This document shows positions 47,876 through 58,550 of a stretch of 64,000 nt of DNA, piece by piece. The stretch spans positions 34,070 through 98,069 of the forward strand of contig JAFTXE010000105.1 of the NCBI GenBank assembly GCA_017461745.1. Direction: 5' to 3'. Under the pieces are notes generated by a model. It saw only the letters and a program-made list of their open reading frames with translations. It made no database searches and was not told where the DNA came from. A program made the position numbers and the translations under genes. The first letter of the stretch is position 1, and every line of letters begins with the position of its first letter. The DNA is from Clostridia bacterium (GTDB taxonomy: Bacteria; Bacillota; Clostridia; Oscillospirales; CAG-272).

Positions 47876-48916
47876 ATGTCAAAGAGTTACAGTGAAAGCT
47901 ACAAGGCAGCGGGCGTTGATATTACAGCCGGCTACAAAGCAGTGGAGTTGATGAAATCACACATTGCAAGAACAATGACAGGCGGTGTCGTTTCAGACAT
48001 CGGCGGATTTGGAGGACTTTTCGAGCTTGACATCGAAAATATCCGTAAGCCCGTTCTCGTCAGCGGAACGGACGGAGTTGGTACAAAGCTTAAGCTCGCG
48101 TTTATTATGGACAAGCACGATACCGTTGGTATCGACTGCGTTGCAATGTGCGTAAACGATATAGTTTGCGCAGGAGCAAAGCCCTTGTTCTTCCTTGACT
48201 ACATTGCGTGCGGTAAGAACGTTCCCGAAAAGATTGCAGCAATAGTTTCTGGTGTTGCCGAAGGATGCGTTCAGGCAGGTTGTGCCCTTATCGGTGGAGA
48301 GACGGCGGAAATGCCGGGCTTTTATCCCGAGGATGAATATGACCTCGCAGGCTATTCTACGGGTGTAGTTGATAAGTCTAAGATAATCAATAATAAGACT
48401 ATGAAGGCGGGAGATATTATTATCGCGCTTCCTTCCAGTGGAGTTCACTCCAACGGATTTTCTCTTGTTCGTAAGGTGTTCAATATAGGCACTGCCGATA
48501 TTACCGTTCCTTGCGCAGAGCTTGGCGGTAAGTCTGTCGGAGAAACACTCTTGACGCCTACTAAGATTTACGTAAAGCCTATGCTTGACCTTTTTGAGAA
48601 GGTCAACGTTAAGGCGATATCTCATATAACGGGCGGCGGCTTCTATGAGAATATTCCGAGAAGCTTCGCAGATGGCTACTCCGCAAAAATTGAAAAGAGC
48701 GCTGTAAGAGTTCTTCCTATCTTTAACCTTATTGAAAAAACGGGTAAGATAGATAATCGCGATATGTTCAATACCTTCAACATGGGCGTTGGAATGAGCG
48801 TAGTAGTTGATAAGAACGACGCGGATACCGCAATTGCGTCACTTAAGGCAAGCGGAATTGACGCTTATATTATAGGTGAGGTCGTTGCCTCCGAGGACGG
48901 AGTTATTATCTGCTGA
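47876..48916 (+). CDS. purM: phosphoribosylformylglycinamidine cyclo-ligase (AIR synthetase)
   Basis: [10 protein letters not shown]-terminus and DGVGTK motif. I preferred the ATG at 47876 to the TTG at 47858. Confidence 0.93.
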   Translation: MSKSYSESYKAAGVDITAGYKAVELMKSHIARTMTGGVVSDIGGFGGLFELDIENIRKPVLVSGTDGVGTKLKLAFIMDKHDTVGIDCVAMCVNDIVCAGAKPLFFLDYIACGKNVPEKIAAIVSGVAEGCVQAGCALIGGETAEMPGFYPEDEYDLAGYSTGVVDKSKIINNKTMKAGDIIIALPSSGVHSNGFSLVRKVFNIGTADITVPCAELGGKSVGETLLTPTKIYVKPMLDLFEKVNVKAISHITGGGFYENIPRSFADGYSAKIEKSAVRVLPIFNLIEKTGKIDNRDMFNTFNMGVGMSVVVDKNDADTAIASLKASGIDAYIIGEVVASEDGVIIC

Positions 48917-48946
48917 TTACTTTTTGATTTTTTGAAAGGAGTTACT

Positions 48947-49579
48947 ATGGGCGTTTTACAAGCGGCAAAAATTGCGGTTTTTGTTTCGGGCGGAGGCACT
49001 AATCTTCAGGCATTAATCGATGCGGAAAAGCAGGGAATAATCAAAAGCGGAAAGCTGAGTCTTGTTATTTCCAATAACGCCAACGCATACGCAATTACCA
49101 GAGCTGAGCTTGCGGGAATTCCGTCTGCAATAGTTACTAAAAAAGAGTATGGAACTCAGCAAGCCTTTGAAAATAAAATCATTGAAATACTTGAAGAATA
49201 CGGAATAGATCTTATAGTTCTTGCCGGATTTATGAGTATTCTCAGCGCGGAGTTTACGTCTAAATACCCTAAGAGAATAATTAACGTTCATCCCTCTCTG
49301 ATTCCGTCGTTTTGCGGGAAGGGCTTTTACGGTTTGCGCGTTCACGAGGCGGCTCTTGCATATGGCGTAAAGGTCACGGGAGCTACGGTACATTATGTAA
49401 ACGAAATTCCCGACGGTGGAGAGATAATTCTTCAAAAGAGTGTTTCCGTAAAGAGAAACGAGACCCCTGAAAGCTTGCAGCAAAAGGTTATGAGGCAGGC
49501 TGAATGGATAATTTTACCCAAGGCGACCGAGCAGGTTTGCGCCGAGATTGTTTCGCTCAGAAAGGAAAATAAAAAATGA
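48947..49579 (+). CDS. purN: phosphoribosylglycinamide formyltransferase
   Basis: IAVFVSGGGTNLQALID, NVHPSLIP and a formyltransferase fold. ATG at 48947 after AAAGGAG. Confidence 0.92.
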   Translation: MGVLQAAKIAVFVSGGGTNLQALIDAEKQGIIKSGKLSLVISNNANAYAITRAELAGIPSAIVTKKEYGTQQAFENKIIEILEEYGIDLIVLAGFMSILSAEFTSKYPKRIINVHPSLIPSFCGKGFYGLRVHEAALAYGVKVTGATVHYVNEIPDGGEIILQKSVSVKRNETPESLQQKVMRQAEWIILPKATEQVCAEIVSLRKENKK

Positions 49580-50310
49580 GTAATAAAACGTTTGATTTAG
49601 CAAAGCTTCTTTCCGAAAATACATACCCGGGAAGAGGAATAGTTATAGGTAAATCCAAGGACGGTAAAAACGCAATGATTGCGTACTTTATCATGGGACG
49701 TAGCGAAAATAGCCGTAACAGAATATTTGAGAGATTTGACGGTGGAATGCGCACAAAGGCGTTCGATGAATCCAAGCTCTCAGACCCCAGCCTTATAATC
49801 TATAATCCGTATTTGAGCTGTGATAACATTGATATTGTTACAAACGGAGACCAGACCGATACCGTATACAATTATATTAAGGAAAACGGTGAGGACGGCT
49901 TTTCATTTGAAAAATCGCTTCATACCCGTGAGTTTGAACCTGATTGCCCTAACTATACGCCAAGAATTTCGGGTATTCTTTACTATGCGTTCCCGGGAAA
50001 CACCTTCAATTATAAGCTTTCTATATTGAAAAGCAGTGACGGCAATCCCGAGGTTTGCAACAGATATTTCTATAGCTATTCGCCGCTCAATGGCTTGGGA
50101 CATTTCATTCATACCTATAAGTGTGACGGTAATCCCATTCCTTCCTTCTACGGCGAGCCCGAGGCAGTAGAGCTTCCCAATACAGCAGAGGAGCTTGCAG
50201 ACCTCGTATGGAAGAATCTGAATGAGGACAATAAGGTTTCCTTGTTCGTTCGAGCAGTTCCTCTTGACGGAAGCGAGCCTACCGAAATAATTATTAATAA
50301 AAACGTATGA
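49576..50310 (+). CDS. purO: IMP cyclohydrolase, PurO (archaeal) type
   Basis: 244 aa. YPGRGIVIGKSKDGKNAMIAYFIMGRSENSRNR resembles the PurO-family N-terminus. ATGA overlap with purN. Confidence 0.78.
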   Translation: MSNKTFDLAKLLSENTYPGRGIVIGKSKDGKNAMIAYFIMGRSENSRNRIFERFDGGMRTKAFDESKLSDPSLIIYNPYLSCDNIDIVTNGDQTDTVYNYIKENGEDGFSFEKSLHTREFEPDCPNYTPRISGILYYAFPGNTFNYKLSILKSSDGNPEVCNRYFYSYSPLNGLGHFIHTYKCDGNPIPSFYGEPEAVELPNTAEELADLVWKNLNEDNKVSLFVRAVPLDGSEPTEIIINKNV

Positions 50311-50322
50311 TAGGAGCTTGAA

Positions 50323-51507
50323 ATGAAAGAATTTGAATTGAAATATGGCTGCAACCCCAATCAGAAGCCTTCTCGTATTTTTATGAAGGACGGCAATGAG
50401 CTTCCCATAAAGGTGCTTAACGGACGCCCCGGATATATCAATTTCCTTGACGCATTCAATAGCTGGCAGCTTGTTAAGGAGCTTAAGGAGGCACTCGGTG
50501 TTCCTGCGGCAACATCCTTTAAGCACGTTTCTCCTACGTCTGCGGCAATCGGTCTTCCTCTTGATCTCGGATTGAAGAAGGCATGCTTTGTAGAGGATGT
50601 TGAGGGACTTGATGAATCTCCTCTCGCTTGTGCGTATGTACGTGCAAGAGGAACAGACCGCCTTTGCTCCTTCGGTGACTGGGTGGCACTTTCCGATGTT
50701 TGTGATGTTACTACAGCAAAGCTTATCGCTCGTGAGGTTTCCGACGGAATTATAGCCCCCGGTTATGAGCCTGAGGCTCTTGAGATACTCAAAGGAAAGA
50801 GAAAGGGTAACTACAACGTTGTTGAAATAGACCCCGATTACCGTCCCGCTCCCATTGAAACCAAGGATGTGTTTGGTATCACATTTGAGCAGGGAAGAAA
50901 CGAGTTCAAGATAGGCGAGCATCTTCTTGAAAATATCGTAACCGAGAAAAAGGAGCTACCCGAAAGCGCAAAGCGTGACCTTATAGTTGCTCTTATTACA
51001 CTTAAATATACACAGTCAAACTCCGTATGCTACGCAGTTAACGGTCAGGCTATCGGCGTTGGCGCGGGTCAGCAGTCGCGTATTCACTGTACAAGACTTG
51101 CGGGAACAAAGGCAGACACTTGGCTTATGCGCCAGCATCCCAAGGTGCTTGCACTTCCGTTCCTTCCCACAATGGGACGTCCTGAGCGTGACAACATTAT
51201 CGACGGCTACATCAACGGAAACGAAGAGGATGTTTGTGCAGATGGTATCTGGCAGGGATATTTCACCGAGCAGCCTGCTCCTATTACAGAGGCTGAGCGC
51301 CGTGAATGGTTGGGCGGATTTAAGAATATCGCCCTTGCATCCGATGCATTCTTCCCGTTCGCAGACAACGTTAAGCGCGCTTATGCAAGTGGTGTAAGCT
51401 ATATAGCAGAGCCGGGCGGATCTATCCGCGACGATCTGGTTATAGACGAGTGCAATAAGAATGGCATTACAATGGCATTCACAGGCATGAGATTGTTCCA
51501 CCATTGA
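50323..51507 (+). CDS. purH: AICAR formyltransferase (PurH C-terminal domain only)
   Basis: 394 aa. LKYGCNPNQ and SFKHVSPTSAA correspond to the AICARFT domain. No MGS-like IMP cyclohydrolase domain is present. Confidence 0.85.
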   Translation: MKEFELKYGCNPNQKPSRIFMKDGNELPIKVLNGRPGYINFLDAFNSWQLVKELKEALGVPAATSFKHVSPTSAAIGLPLDLGLKKACFVEDVEGLDESPLACAYVRARGTDRLCSFGDWVALSDVCDVTTAKLIAREVSDGIIAPGYEPEALEILKGKRKGNYNVVEIDPDYRPAPIETKDVFGITFEQGRNEFKIGEHLLENIVTEKKELPESAKRDLIVALITLKYTQSNSVCYAVNGQAIGVGAGQQSRIHCTRLAGTKADTWLMRQHPKVLALPFLPTMGRPERDNIIDGYINGNEEDVCADGIWQGYFTEQPAPITEAERREWLGGFKNIALASDAFFPFADNVKRAYASGVSYIAEPGGSIRDDLVIDECNKNGITMAFTGMRLFHH

Positions 51508-51528
51508 TCGTTTAAGGAGAAAACAGTA

Positions 51529-52794
51529 ATGAAGATAATGGTTGTAGGTGGTGGCGGCAGAGAGCACGCTATCATTAAAAAAATAAAACAAAGTCCTAAG
51601 GTAGATACGATTTACGCGCTCCCCGGAAACGGCGGAATAGCAAAGGATGCTGTATGCGTAAATATCGGAGCTAAGGATATTGACGGTATAGTTAAATTTG
51701 CGACCGAAAATAAAATCGATTACGCAATAGTCGCACCCGATGACCCGTTGGTTCTCGGTGCTGTTGACGCATTTAACGAGGCAGGTATCGCTTGCTTCGG
51801 ACCTCGGGCAAATGCGGCTATTATCGAGGGTAGTAAGATATTCTCAAAGAACCTTATGAAAAAATACGGTATTCCAACCGCGGCGTATGAGGTATTTACC
51901 GAAATGAATGCGGCTATAGAATATCTTAAGGATGCTCCTATTCCTACCGTTATTAAGGCTGATGGACTTGCTCTCGGTAAGGGCGTCGTAATCGCTATGA
52001 CGCGTGAGGAGGCGGTTGACGCTGTACGCTCCATGATGGAGGATAAGGTATTCGGCGCAAGCGGAAGCAAAATAGTTATCGAGGAGTTTCTCACGGGTCC
52101 TGAGGTATCCGTCCTTTCCTTTACCGATGGAAACGTCGTAGTTCCCATGGTTTCTTCAATGGACCACAAGCGCGCGCTTGATAACGATTGCGGACTTAAT
52201 ACGGGCGGAATGGGAACGATAGCTCCCAACCCTTATTATACCGAGGATATTGCGAAGCTCTGTATGGAGAAAATATTTCTTCCCACGATAAACGCTATGA
52301 ACGCGGAGGGAAGAACCTTTAAGGGCTGTTTGTACTTCGGACTTATGCTTACTCCTTGCGGTCCAAAGGTAATCGAATATAACTGTCGTTTCGGCGACCC
52401 CGAAACTCAGGTCGTTCTTCCTTTACTTGACGGAGATCTTTTGGAGATCATGATGGCTTGTACTAACGGTACTCTTGCGGATACGTCGGTTAAGTTTCTC
52501 GATAAATCGGCTTGCTGTGTAATAATGGCTTCCGAAGGATATCCGGGAAAATATCAGAGCGGTTATGAAATCACCGTTGACAGTGATATCGAGGCTGAGG
52601 TATACGTTGCGGGCGCAAAGCTTGAAAACGGCGCAATACTCAGCGCAGGCGGACGCGTTCTTGGCGTTACGGCAACGGGAGAAAGCCTTGCAGATGCAAT
52701 TGATAAAGCATACGCTAACGTTCCAAAGGTAAAATTCGCAAATGCGTATTATCGTCACGATATCGGCGCAAGAGCGCTTAAAGCACTTAATTAA
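51529..52794 (+). CDS. purD: phosphoribosylamine-glycine ligase
   Basis: 421 aa. MKIMVVGGGGREHA N-terminus and an ATP-grasp fold. Confidence 0.95.
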   Translation: MKIMVVGGGGREHAIIKKIKQSPKVDTIYALPGNGGIAKDAVCVNIGAKDIDGIVKFATENKIDYAIVAPDDPLVLGAVDAFNEAGIACFGPRANAAIIEGSKIFSKNLMKKYGIPTAAYEVFTEMNAAIEYLKDAPIPTVIKADGLALGKGVVIAMTREEAVDAVRSMMEDKVFGASGSKIVIEEFLTGPEVSVLSFTDGNVVVPMVSSMDHKRALDNDCGLNTGGMGTIAPNPYYTEDIAKLCMEKIFLPTINAMNAEGRTFKGCLYFGLMLTPCGPKVIEYNCRFGDPETQVVLPLLDGDLLEIMMACTNGTLADTSVKFLDKSACCVIMASEGYPGKYQSGYEITVDSDIEAEVYVAGAKLENGAILSAGGRVLGVTATGESLADAIDKAYANVPKVKFANAYYRHDIGARALKALN

Positions 52795-52804
52795 GGAGAA
52801 CTTC

Positions 52805-55800
52805 ATGGTTTACAGAGTATATGTAGAAAAGAAAAAGGAGCTTGCTAACGAAGCAAAATCTCTTTTAAACGAAATAAGAAATCTCGTAGGCATCAAGGAG
52901 CTTACCGACGTTCGCTTGTATAACCGCTACGACGTTGAGAAAATTGAAAAATCCTTGTTTGATTATGCAGTAACAACCGTATTCTCAGAGCCTCAGCTTG
53001 ATATCGTTACCTACGAGCTTCCAAAGGAATATGATAATATTTTTGCGGTTGAATATCTGCCGGGGCAGTTTGACCAGAGAGCAGATTCTGCGGCTCAGTG
53101 TATTCAGATAATCTCGCGCGGTGAGCGCCCCGTAGTAAGAACGGCAAGAGTATATTGCCTCTTTGGAAAGCTTACCGAGGAGCAGGTTGCCGCTATCAAG
53201 AAATACGTTATCAACCCCGTAGAGAGCAGAGAAGCGTCTCTTGATACTCACGATACTTTGACTGTTTCTTACGATATTCCAACAGCCGTAAAAACTATCG
53301 ACGGATTTATCGACTTTGACGAAGACGCGCTCAGAGCATTTATCAACGAATACGGTCTGGCAATGGATCTTGACGATATCAGATTCTGCCGTGATTATTT
53401 CCGTACCGAAAACAGAAATCCTACCATTACGGAAATAAGAATGATAGATACTTATTGGTCTGACCACTGCCGTCATACCACGTTCCTTACTACTATTGAC
53501 AGCGTAAGATTTGACGATTCCACGCTTCAGAAGGCTTATAACGAGTATATTGCCGTAAGAAAGCAGCTCGGCAGAACCAAGCCTGTAAATCTTATGGATA
53601 TAGCTACTATCGCAACAAGATATCTTAAGGCTGAGGGCAAGCTTCCTAAGCTTGATGAATCTGAAGAAATCAACGCTTGTACCGTAAAAATCAAGGTCAA
53701 CGTTGAAGGCGAAGAGCAGGATTGGCTGTTGCTCTTTAAGAACGAGACGCATAATCACCCCACGGAGATAGAGCCCTTCGGTGGAGCTGCTACTTGTATC
53801 GGAGGCGCTATCAGAGACCCTCTTTCAGGTCGTTCATACGTTTATGCCGCAATGCGTGTAACGGGTGCGGCTGATCCCAGAAAGCCCGTTTCTGAGACTC
53901 TTGCAGGTAAGCTTCCTCAGAGAAAAATAGTTACCACTGCCGCTGCGGGATATTCCTCATACGGTAACCAGATAGGTCTTGCAACGGGGCAGGTCGATGA
54001 GCTTTATCACGACGGTTACGTTGCGAAGAGAATGGAGATCGGCGCTGTTATCGCTGCCGCTCCCGCAGAAAACGTACGCCGTGAGGTTCCTTGTGACGGA
54101 GATATAATAATTCTTCTCGGCGGAAGAACGGGTAGAGACGGATGTGGCGGAGCTACGGGCTCTTCTAAGTCTCATACTCTTGCGTCCCTTGAATCCTGCG
54201 GAGCAGAGGTTCAGAAGGGTAACGCTCCCGAGGAAAGAAAGCTTCAGAGACTTTTCCGTAATCCCGAGGCATCAAAGCTGATCAAGAGATGTAATGACTT
54301 TGGAGCAGGCGGTGTTTCCGTTGCTATCGGTGAGCTTGCGGACGGTGTTGATATAAACCTTAACGCAGTTCCCAAGAAGTATGAGGGTCTTGACGGCACG
54401 GAGCTTGCAATCAGTGAGTCTCAGGAAAGAATGGCAGTTGTTGTTGATAAAAACGACGCGGACAAGTTTATTAAGCTTGCAAGCAAGGAAAATCTTGAAG
54501 CAACTATCGTTGCGCGTGTAACCAAGCTTCCAAGACTCGTTATGCATTGGAATGATAAAATTATCGTCGATCTTTCCCGTGAGTTCCTTAATTCCAACGG
54601 TGCAGAGAAGCATATCGACATAGTTACAAAAGCGCCCAAGTCCTTTGAAAAGAAGCTTGATGGAACTTTTGCTGAAAGAATGAATAAGCTCGCTACCGAC
54701 TTGAACGTTTGTTCAAAGAGAGGTCTTTCCGAGAGATTTGACTCAACCATCGGTGCGGGTACAGTTATGATGCCCTTCGGTGGAAAGAATCAGAGCACGC
54801 CTTCTCAGGTAATGGTAAATAAGATATCCGTTGAAGCAGCTGATACCGATACTTGCTCTTATATGGCGTGGGGCTACAATCCCTTTATTTCCGAAAAGAG
54901 CCCTTACCACGGCGCATATCTTGCCGTTGTTGAATCTGTTTCCAAGATGATTGCGGGCGGTGCTTCGTTTGAAGACGTTTATCTTACCTTCCAGGAGTAT
55001 TTCGAGAAGCCCAAGAAGGAATCTGAAAGATGGGGCAAGCCTATGGCAGCGCTTCTCGGTGCGTTTATGGCGCAGAAGGAGCTTGGGATTGCTTCTATAG
55101 GCGGTAAGGACTCCATGAGCGGAAGCTTTGAGGATATAGACGTTCCTCCTACGCTCGTTTCCTTTGCAGTTACGACGGGCAAAACAAACGAGGTAGTAAC
55201 TCCCGAGTTCAAAAAATCAGACAGTAAGGTTTATTTGCTTACCCCTGAATATTCCGAGGACGGACTTCCTACCGCTAATTCTCTTATCGCGCTTTATAAT
55301 AAGGTGAGAGCGCTTAACGAAAAGGGAATTATCAGAGCGGCTTATACGCCTACTTACGGCGGTATTGCCGAAGCAATCATGAAGATGTCCTTCGGTAACG
55401 AGATCGGCTTTAAGTACGCTGATGGCGTAGATATGGATACCTTGTTCGCATATCGTTACGGCTCGTTTATACTTGAGGTTGCTTGCGATGCGGTAATTGA
55501 CGGCGCTCTTCTTCTCGGTAATACGACTGACGAAAACGCAATTGTATTTGCCGATGAGCGTGTTGATATGAATGCGCTTTATGCTGATTACGAAAACGTA
55601 CTTGAAAAGGTATTTCCCGTAAATGCAGCCGAGGCTGAAGGAGAGATTCCTGCATATACGTATAATTGCGAAAATCGTGCGCCTTCCATAATCAAGTGCG
55701 CAAAGCCTAAGGTTCTTATTCCCGTATTCCCCGGTACTAACTGCGAATACGACTCAGCAAAGGCATTTATGAGAGCAGGCGCTCAAACGGAAATATTCGT

Positions 55801-56500
55801 TATTAATAACCTTTCCTCTAAGGGAATTTCCGATTCCGTTGAAGAATTTGCAAGACTTGCGGCTCAGTCGCAGATAATATTCGTTCCGGGTGGATTTTCG
55901 GGCGGAGACGAGCCTGACGGATCGGGTAAATTTATTACCGCATTCTTCCGTAACGGAGTAATTAAGGAAGAGGTTAACAAGCTTCTTAAGGTAAGAGGCG
56001 GACTTATGTGCGGTATTTGTAACGGCTTCCAGGCAATTATCAAGCTCGGACTCGTTCCTTACGGAGAGATAATCGATACCGATGCTTCTTGTCCTACGCT
56101 GACATTCAACTCAATAGGACGTCACCAATCAAGAATAGTACGCACGAGAATCGCATCTAATATGTCTCCTTGGCTTGCGAAGGCAAAGGTCGGTGACGTA
56201 TACAACGTGCCGATATCTCACGGCGAAGGAAGATTCTTGGCATCCGACGAGCTTATAGCAGAGCTTGCTGCAAAGGGACAAATCGCTACTCAGTACGTTG
56301 ACCTTGCAGGAAAGCCCACCTCGAATATTCTTTATAATCCCAATAACTCCTGCGCCGCTATCGAGGGAATTACCTCTCCCGACGGTCACGTATTCGGAAA
56401 GATGGGACACTCTGAAAGATTCTCAGACGGTCTTTACAAGAACGTTGAGGGTAACTACGATATGATGATGTTCGAGTCCGCAGTCGAATATTTCAAATAA
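52805..56500 (+). CDS. purL: phosphoribosylformylglycinamidine synthase, single-chain large form
   Basis: ~1231 aa. PurS-like N-terminus, FGAM synthetase core (HNHPTEIEPFGGAATG-like) and a C-terminal glutaminase (GICNGFQ, SHGEGRF). ATG at 52805 after AAGGAGAA. The track start at 52742 overlaps purD. Confidence 0.92.
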   Translation: MVYRVYVEKKKELANEAKSLLNEIRNLVGIKELTDVRLYNRYDVEKIEKSLFDYAVTTVFSEPQLDIVTYELPKEYDNIFAVEYLPGQFDQRADSAAQCIQIISRGERPVVRTARVYCLFGKLTEEQVAAIKKYVINPVESREASLDTHDTLTVSYDIPTAVKTIDGFIDFDEDALRAFINEYGLAMDLDDIRFCRDYFRTENRNPTITEIRMIDTYWSDHCRHTTFLTTIDSVRFDDSTLQKAYNEYIAVRKQLGRTKPVNLMDIATIATRYLKAEGKLPKLDESEEINACTVKIKVNVEGEEQDWLLLFKNETHNHPTEIEPFGGAATCIGGAIRDPLSGRSYVYAAMRVTGAADPRKPVSETLAGKLPQRKIVTTAAAGYSSYGNQIGLATGQVDELYHDGYVAKRMEIGAVIAAAPAENVRREVPCDGDIIILLGGRTGRDGCGGATGSSKSHTLASLESCGAEVQKGNAPEERKLQRLFRNPEASKLIKRCNDFGAGGVSVAIGELADGVDINLNAVPKKYEGLDGTELAISESQERMAVVVDKNDADKFIKLASKENLEATIVARVTKLPRLVMHWNDKIIVDLSREFLNSNGAEKHIDIVTKAPKSFEKKLDGTFAERMNKLATDLNVCSKRGLSERFDSTIGAGTVMMPFGGKNQSTPSQVMVNKISVEAADTDTCSYMAWGYNPFISEKSPYHGAYLAVVESVSKMIAGGASFEDVYLTFQEYFEKPKKESERWGKPMAALLGAFMAQKELGIASIGGKDSMSGSFEDIDVPPTLVSFAVTTGKTNEVVTPEFKKSDSKVYLLTPEYSEDGLPTANSLIALYNKVRALNEKGIIRAAYTPTYGGIAEAIMKMSFGNEIGFKYADGVDMDTLFAYRYGSFILEVACDAVIDGALLLGNTTDENAIVFADERVDMNALYADYENVLEKVFPVNAAEAEGEIPAYTYNCENRAPSIIKCAKPKVLIPVFPGTNCEYDSAKAFMRAGAQTEIFVINNLSSKGISDSVEEFARLAAQSQIIFVPGGFSGGDEPDGSGKFITAFFRNGVIKEEVNKLLKVRGGLMCGICNGFQAIIKLGLVPYGEIIDTDASCPTLTFNSIGRHQSRIVRTRIASNMSPWLAKAKVGDVYNVPISHGEGRFLASDELIAELAAKGQIATQYVDLAGKPTSNILYNPNNSCAAIEGITSPDGHVFGKMGHSERFSDGLYKNVEGNYDMMMFESAVEYFK

Positions 56501-56508
56501 TCAAATCA

Positions 56509-56542
56509 CAAGGCGTTGCAATTGCAACGCCTTGTTTACTTG
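56509..56542 (+). terminator. rho-independent terminator of the pur operon
   Basis: CAAGGCGTTGCA / TGCAACGCCTTG 12-bp stem followed by TTTACTT. Confidence 0.75.
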
Positions 56543-56598
56543 ACAGATAACCAATTTAATGGTATAATAATCGTACTAATGATATTAACGAGGTTGTA

Positions 56599-58329
56599 AT
56601 GAAATTAAAAACCGCATACGAGATAGATAAAATTCCGCACTCCGAATATCCGAGACCACAGTTAAGGCGCGATAGCTTTCTTTGTCTTAACGGTACATGG
56701 GATTTTTCAGTAAAAAGTCAAGATAGCGTAAAGCAATATGGCTCAATACGCGTCCCGTTTTCTCCCGAATGCTTAAATAGTGGTATTTCTGAAGGCTTTA
56801 AGCTCGGAGCTAATGATATTTCGGTTTATAAGAGAACCTTTGAAATTAACGATGAAATGCTTTTGGGTTGCACGATGCTTCATTTTGGCGCAGTTGACAG
56901 CAGATGTAAGGTTTTCGTCAACGACGCTATGGCATGTGAGCACAGAGGCGGATATACTCCATTCTCGGCAGATATAACCCATCTTATAAAACAAGGCTTG
57001 AACACACTTGTCGTTGAGTGTGAGGACGATACGGAGATATCGGAAGGAGCAAGAGGCAAACAAAGCTCTACTCCGGGCGGTATCTGGTACACGGCGCAGA
57101 GCGGTATATGGCAAACGGTTTGGCTTGAGAGTATGCCTGAGGAACACATTAATGACATCACGGTAATTACGGATGCCGAAGCTAAATCCGTGAAGATAAC
57201 TACCGACTATGTCGGCAGGCAAAACTTAAAGATATTTGATAAAGAACAAATAATCCTTGAAAAAGAGTTCTTCGGAGAAGCTAACGTCAGCTTTGACTTT
57301 GAATTATGGTCGCCGGAAAATCCTCGGCTTTATGATTTTGAAATAATCACCGAAAGCGGAGATAAAATAAAATCATATTTCGGCGTTCGCTCATTTGGTA
57401 TTGGAACGGATAAGGCTGGGAAAACAAGACTTCTGCTTAACGGAAAGCCGTATTTTTATAACGGAATACTCGACCAAGGCTATTGGTCTGACGGACTTCT
57501 TACACCGCCGAGCGACCAAGCAATGCTTGACGAGCTTACAATGTTAAAAAATATGGGCTTCAATATGATACGTAAGCATATCAAAATTGAGCCTATGAGA
57601 TGGTATTATCATTGTGACCGCTTAGGGCTTGTGGTATGGCAGGATTTCGTTAACGGCGGTGGGAAATATAAATTTACTCACGTTGCAGCATTTCCATTTT
57701 TGGGCTTTAAGCACAAGGATAACGACTATAAGTATTTTGCAAGAGAAAGCGAGCAGGGAAGAGAGGAATTTGAACGCTCGGTATATGAAACTGTAGGCGC
57801 ATTGAAAAACTCTACTTGCATAGGCGCTTGGGTTCCCTTTAACGAAGGCTGGGGACAGTTTGATTCCGCAAAATATACTGAGCTTGTAAAGAAGCTTGAC
57901 GGTACGAGAATAGTTGATTCAGTAAGCGGCTGGCACGACCAAGGAGTTGGTAAAACAGAGTTTCGCAGTCTTCATACGTATTATACCCCATTGAAAGTTC
58001 CCGATGATATTCGTCCCGTTGTTCTCAGCGAATTTGGCGGTTATTCACTCAAAATCGACGGTCACGTTTTCAATGAGGATAAAGAATTCGGCTATAAGAA
58101 ATTCAAGGATGAAAAATCCTTTGCCGACGCATTGGAAAAATTATACCTTGAAAAACTGCTTCCGCTTATCGATAAAGGCTTATGCGCTTGCGTTTATACA
58201 CAAGTGTCAGACGTAGAAGAGGAAATAAACGGACTTGTGACCTATGATCGAAAGAAAATTAAAATACCCGTTGAAAGAATGAAGCGTATAAACGAACGTA
58301 TTTCATGCGCAATGCAAAAGTTATTATAA
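56599..58329 (+). CDS. glycoside hydrolase family 2 protein
   Basis: 576 aa. Sugar-binding N-terminal domain and a TIM barrel with NMIRKH and acid/base WVPFNEGWG. Promoter TTGACA (56540-56545), 17 nt, TATAAT (56563-56568). Confidence 0.82.
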   Translation: MKLKTAYEIDKIPHSEYPRPQLRRDSFLCLNGTWDFSVKSQDSVKQYGSIRVPFSPECLNSGISEGFKLGANDISVYKRTFEINDEMLLGCTMLHFGAVDSRCKVFVNDAMACEHRGGYTPFSADITHLIKQGLNTLVVECEDDTEISEGARGKQSSTPGGIWYTAQSGIWQTVWLESMPEEHINDITVITDAEAKSVKITTDYVGRQNLKIFDKEQIILEKEFFGEANVSFDFELWSPENPRLYDFEIITESGDKIKSYFGVRSFGIGTDKAGKTRLLLNGKPYFYNGILDQGYWSDGLLTPPSDQAMLDELTMLKNMGFNMIRKHIKIEPMRWYYHCDRLGLVVWQDFVNGGGKYKFTHVAAFPFLGFKHKDNDYKYFARESEQGREEFERSVYETVGALKNSTCIGAWVPFNEGWGQFDSAKYTELVKKLDGTRIVDSVSGWHDQGVGKTEFRSLHTYYTPLKVPDDIRPVVLSEFGGYSLKIDGHVFNEDKEFGYKKFKDEKSFADALEKLYLEKLLPLIDKGLCACVYTQVSDVEEEINGLVTYDRKKIKIPVERMKRINERISCAMQKLL

Positions 58330-58345
58330 ATTCTTACGGCAAGTA

Positions 58346-58379
58346 AAAAACGACAAGCAAAAATAGCTTGTCGTTTTTT
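58346..58379. terminator. bidirectional rho-independent terminator
   Basis: AAAAACGACAAGC / GCTTGTCGTTTTT, flanked by an A-tract and a T-tract. It lies between the convergent GH2 gene and the tRNA. Confidence 0.8.
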
Positions 58380-58465
58380 GGTGCCGGTGGTCGGGGTCGA
58401 ACCGACACGGTATCGCTACCACTGGATTTTGAGTCCAGCACGTCTGCCAATTCCATCACACCGGC
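58379..58465 (-). tRNA. tRNA-Leu (anticodon CAA), class II with long variable arm, CCA encoded
   Basis: The reverse complement is GCCGGTGTGATGGAATTGGCAGACGTGCTGGACTCAAAATCCAGTGGTAGCGATACCGTGTCGGTTCGACCCCGACCACCGGCACCA. Acceptor stem GCCGGTG/CACCGGC, anticodon loop CUCAAAA, T-loop TTCGACC. Confidence 0.93.
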
Positions 58466-58550
58466 ATATGCGTTGAGATATTCAACGCTAAATATTATAA
58501 CACAGATTGGGTATAAAAGTCAATAGCTTTTGCAAAAAAATCTGAATATT

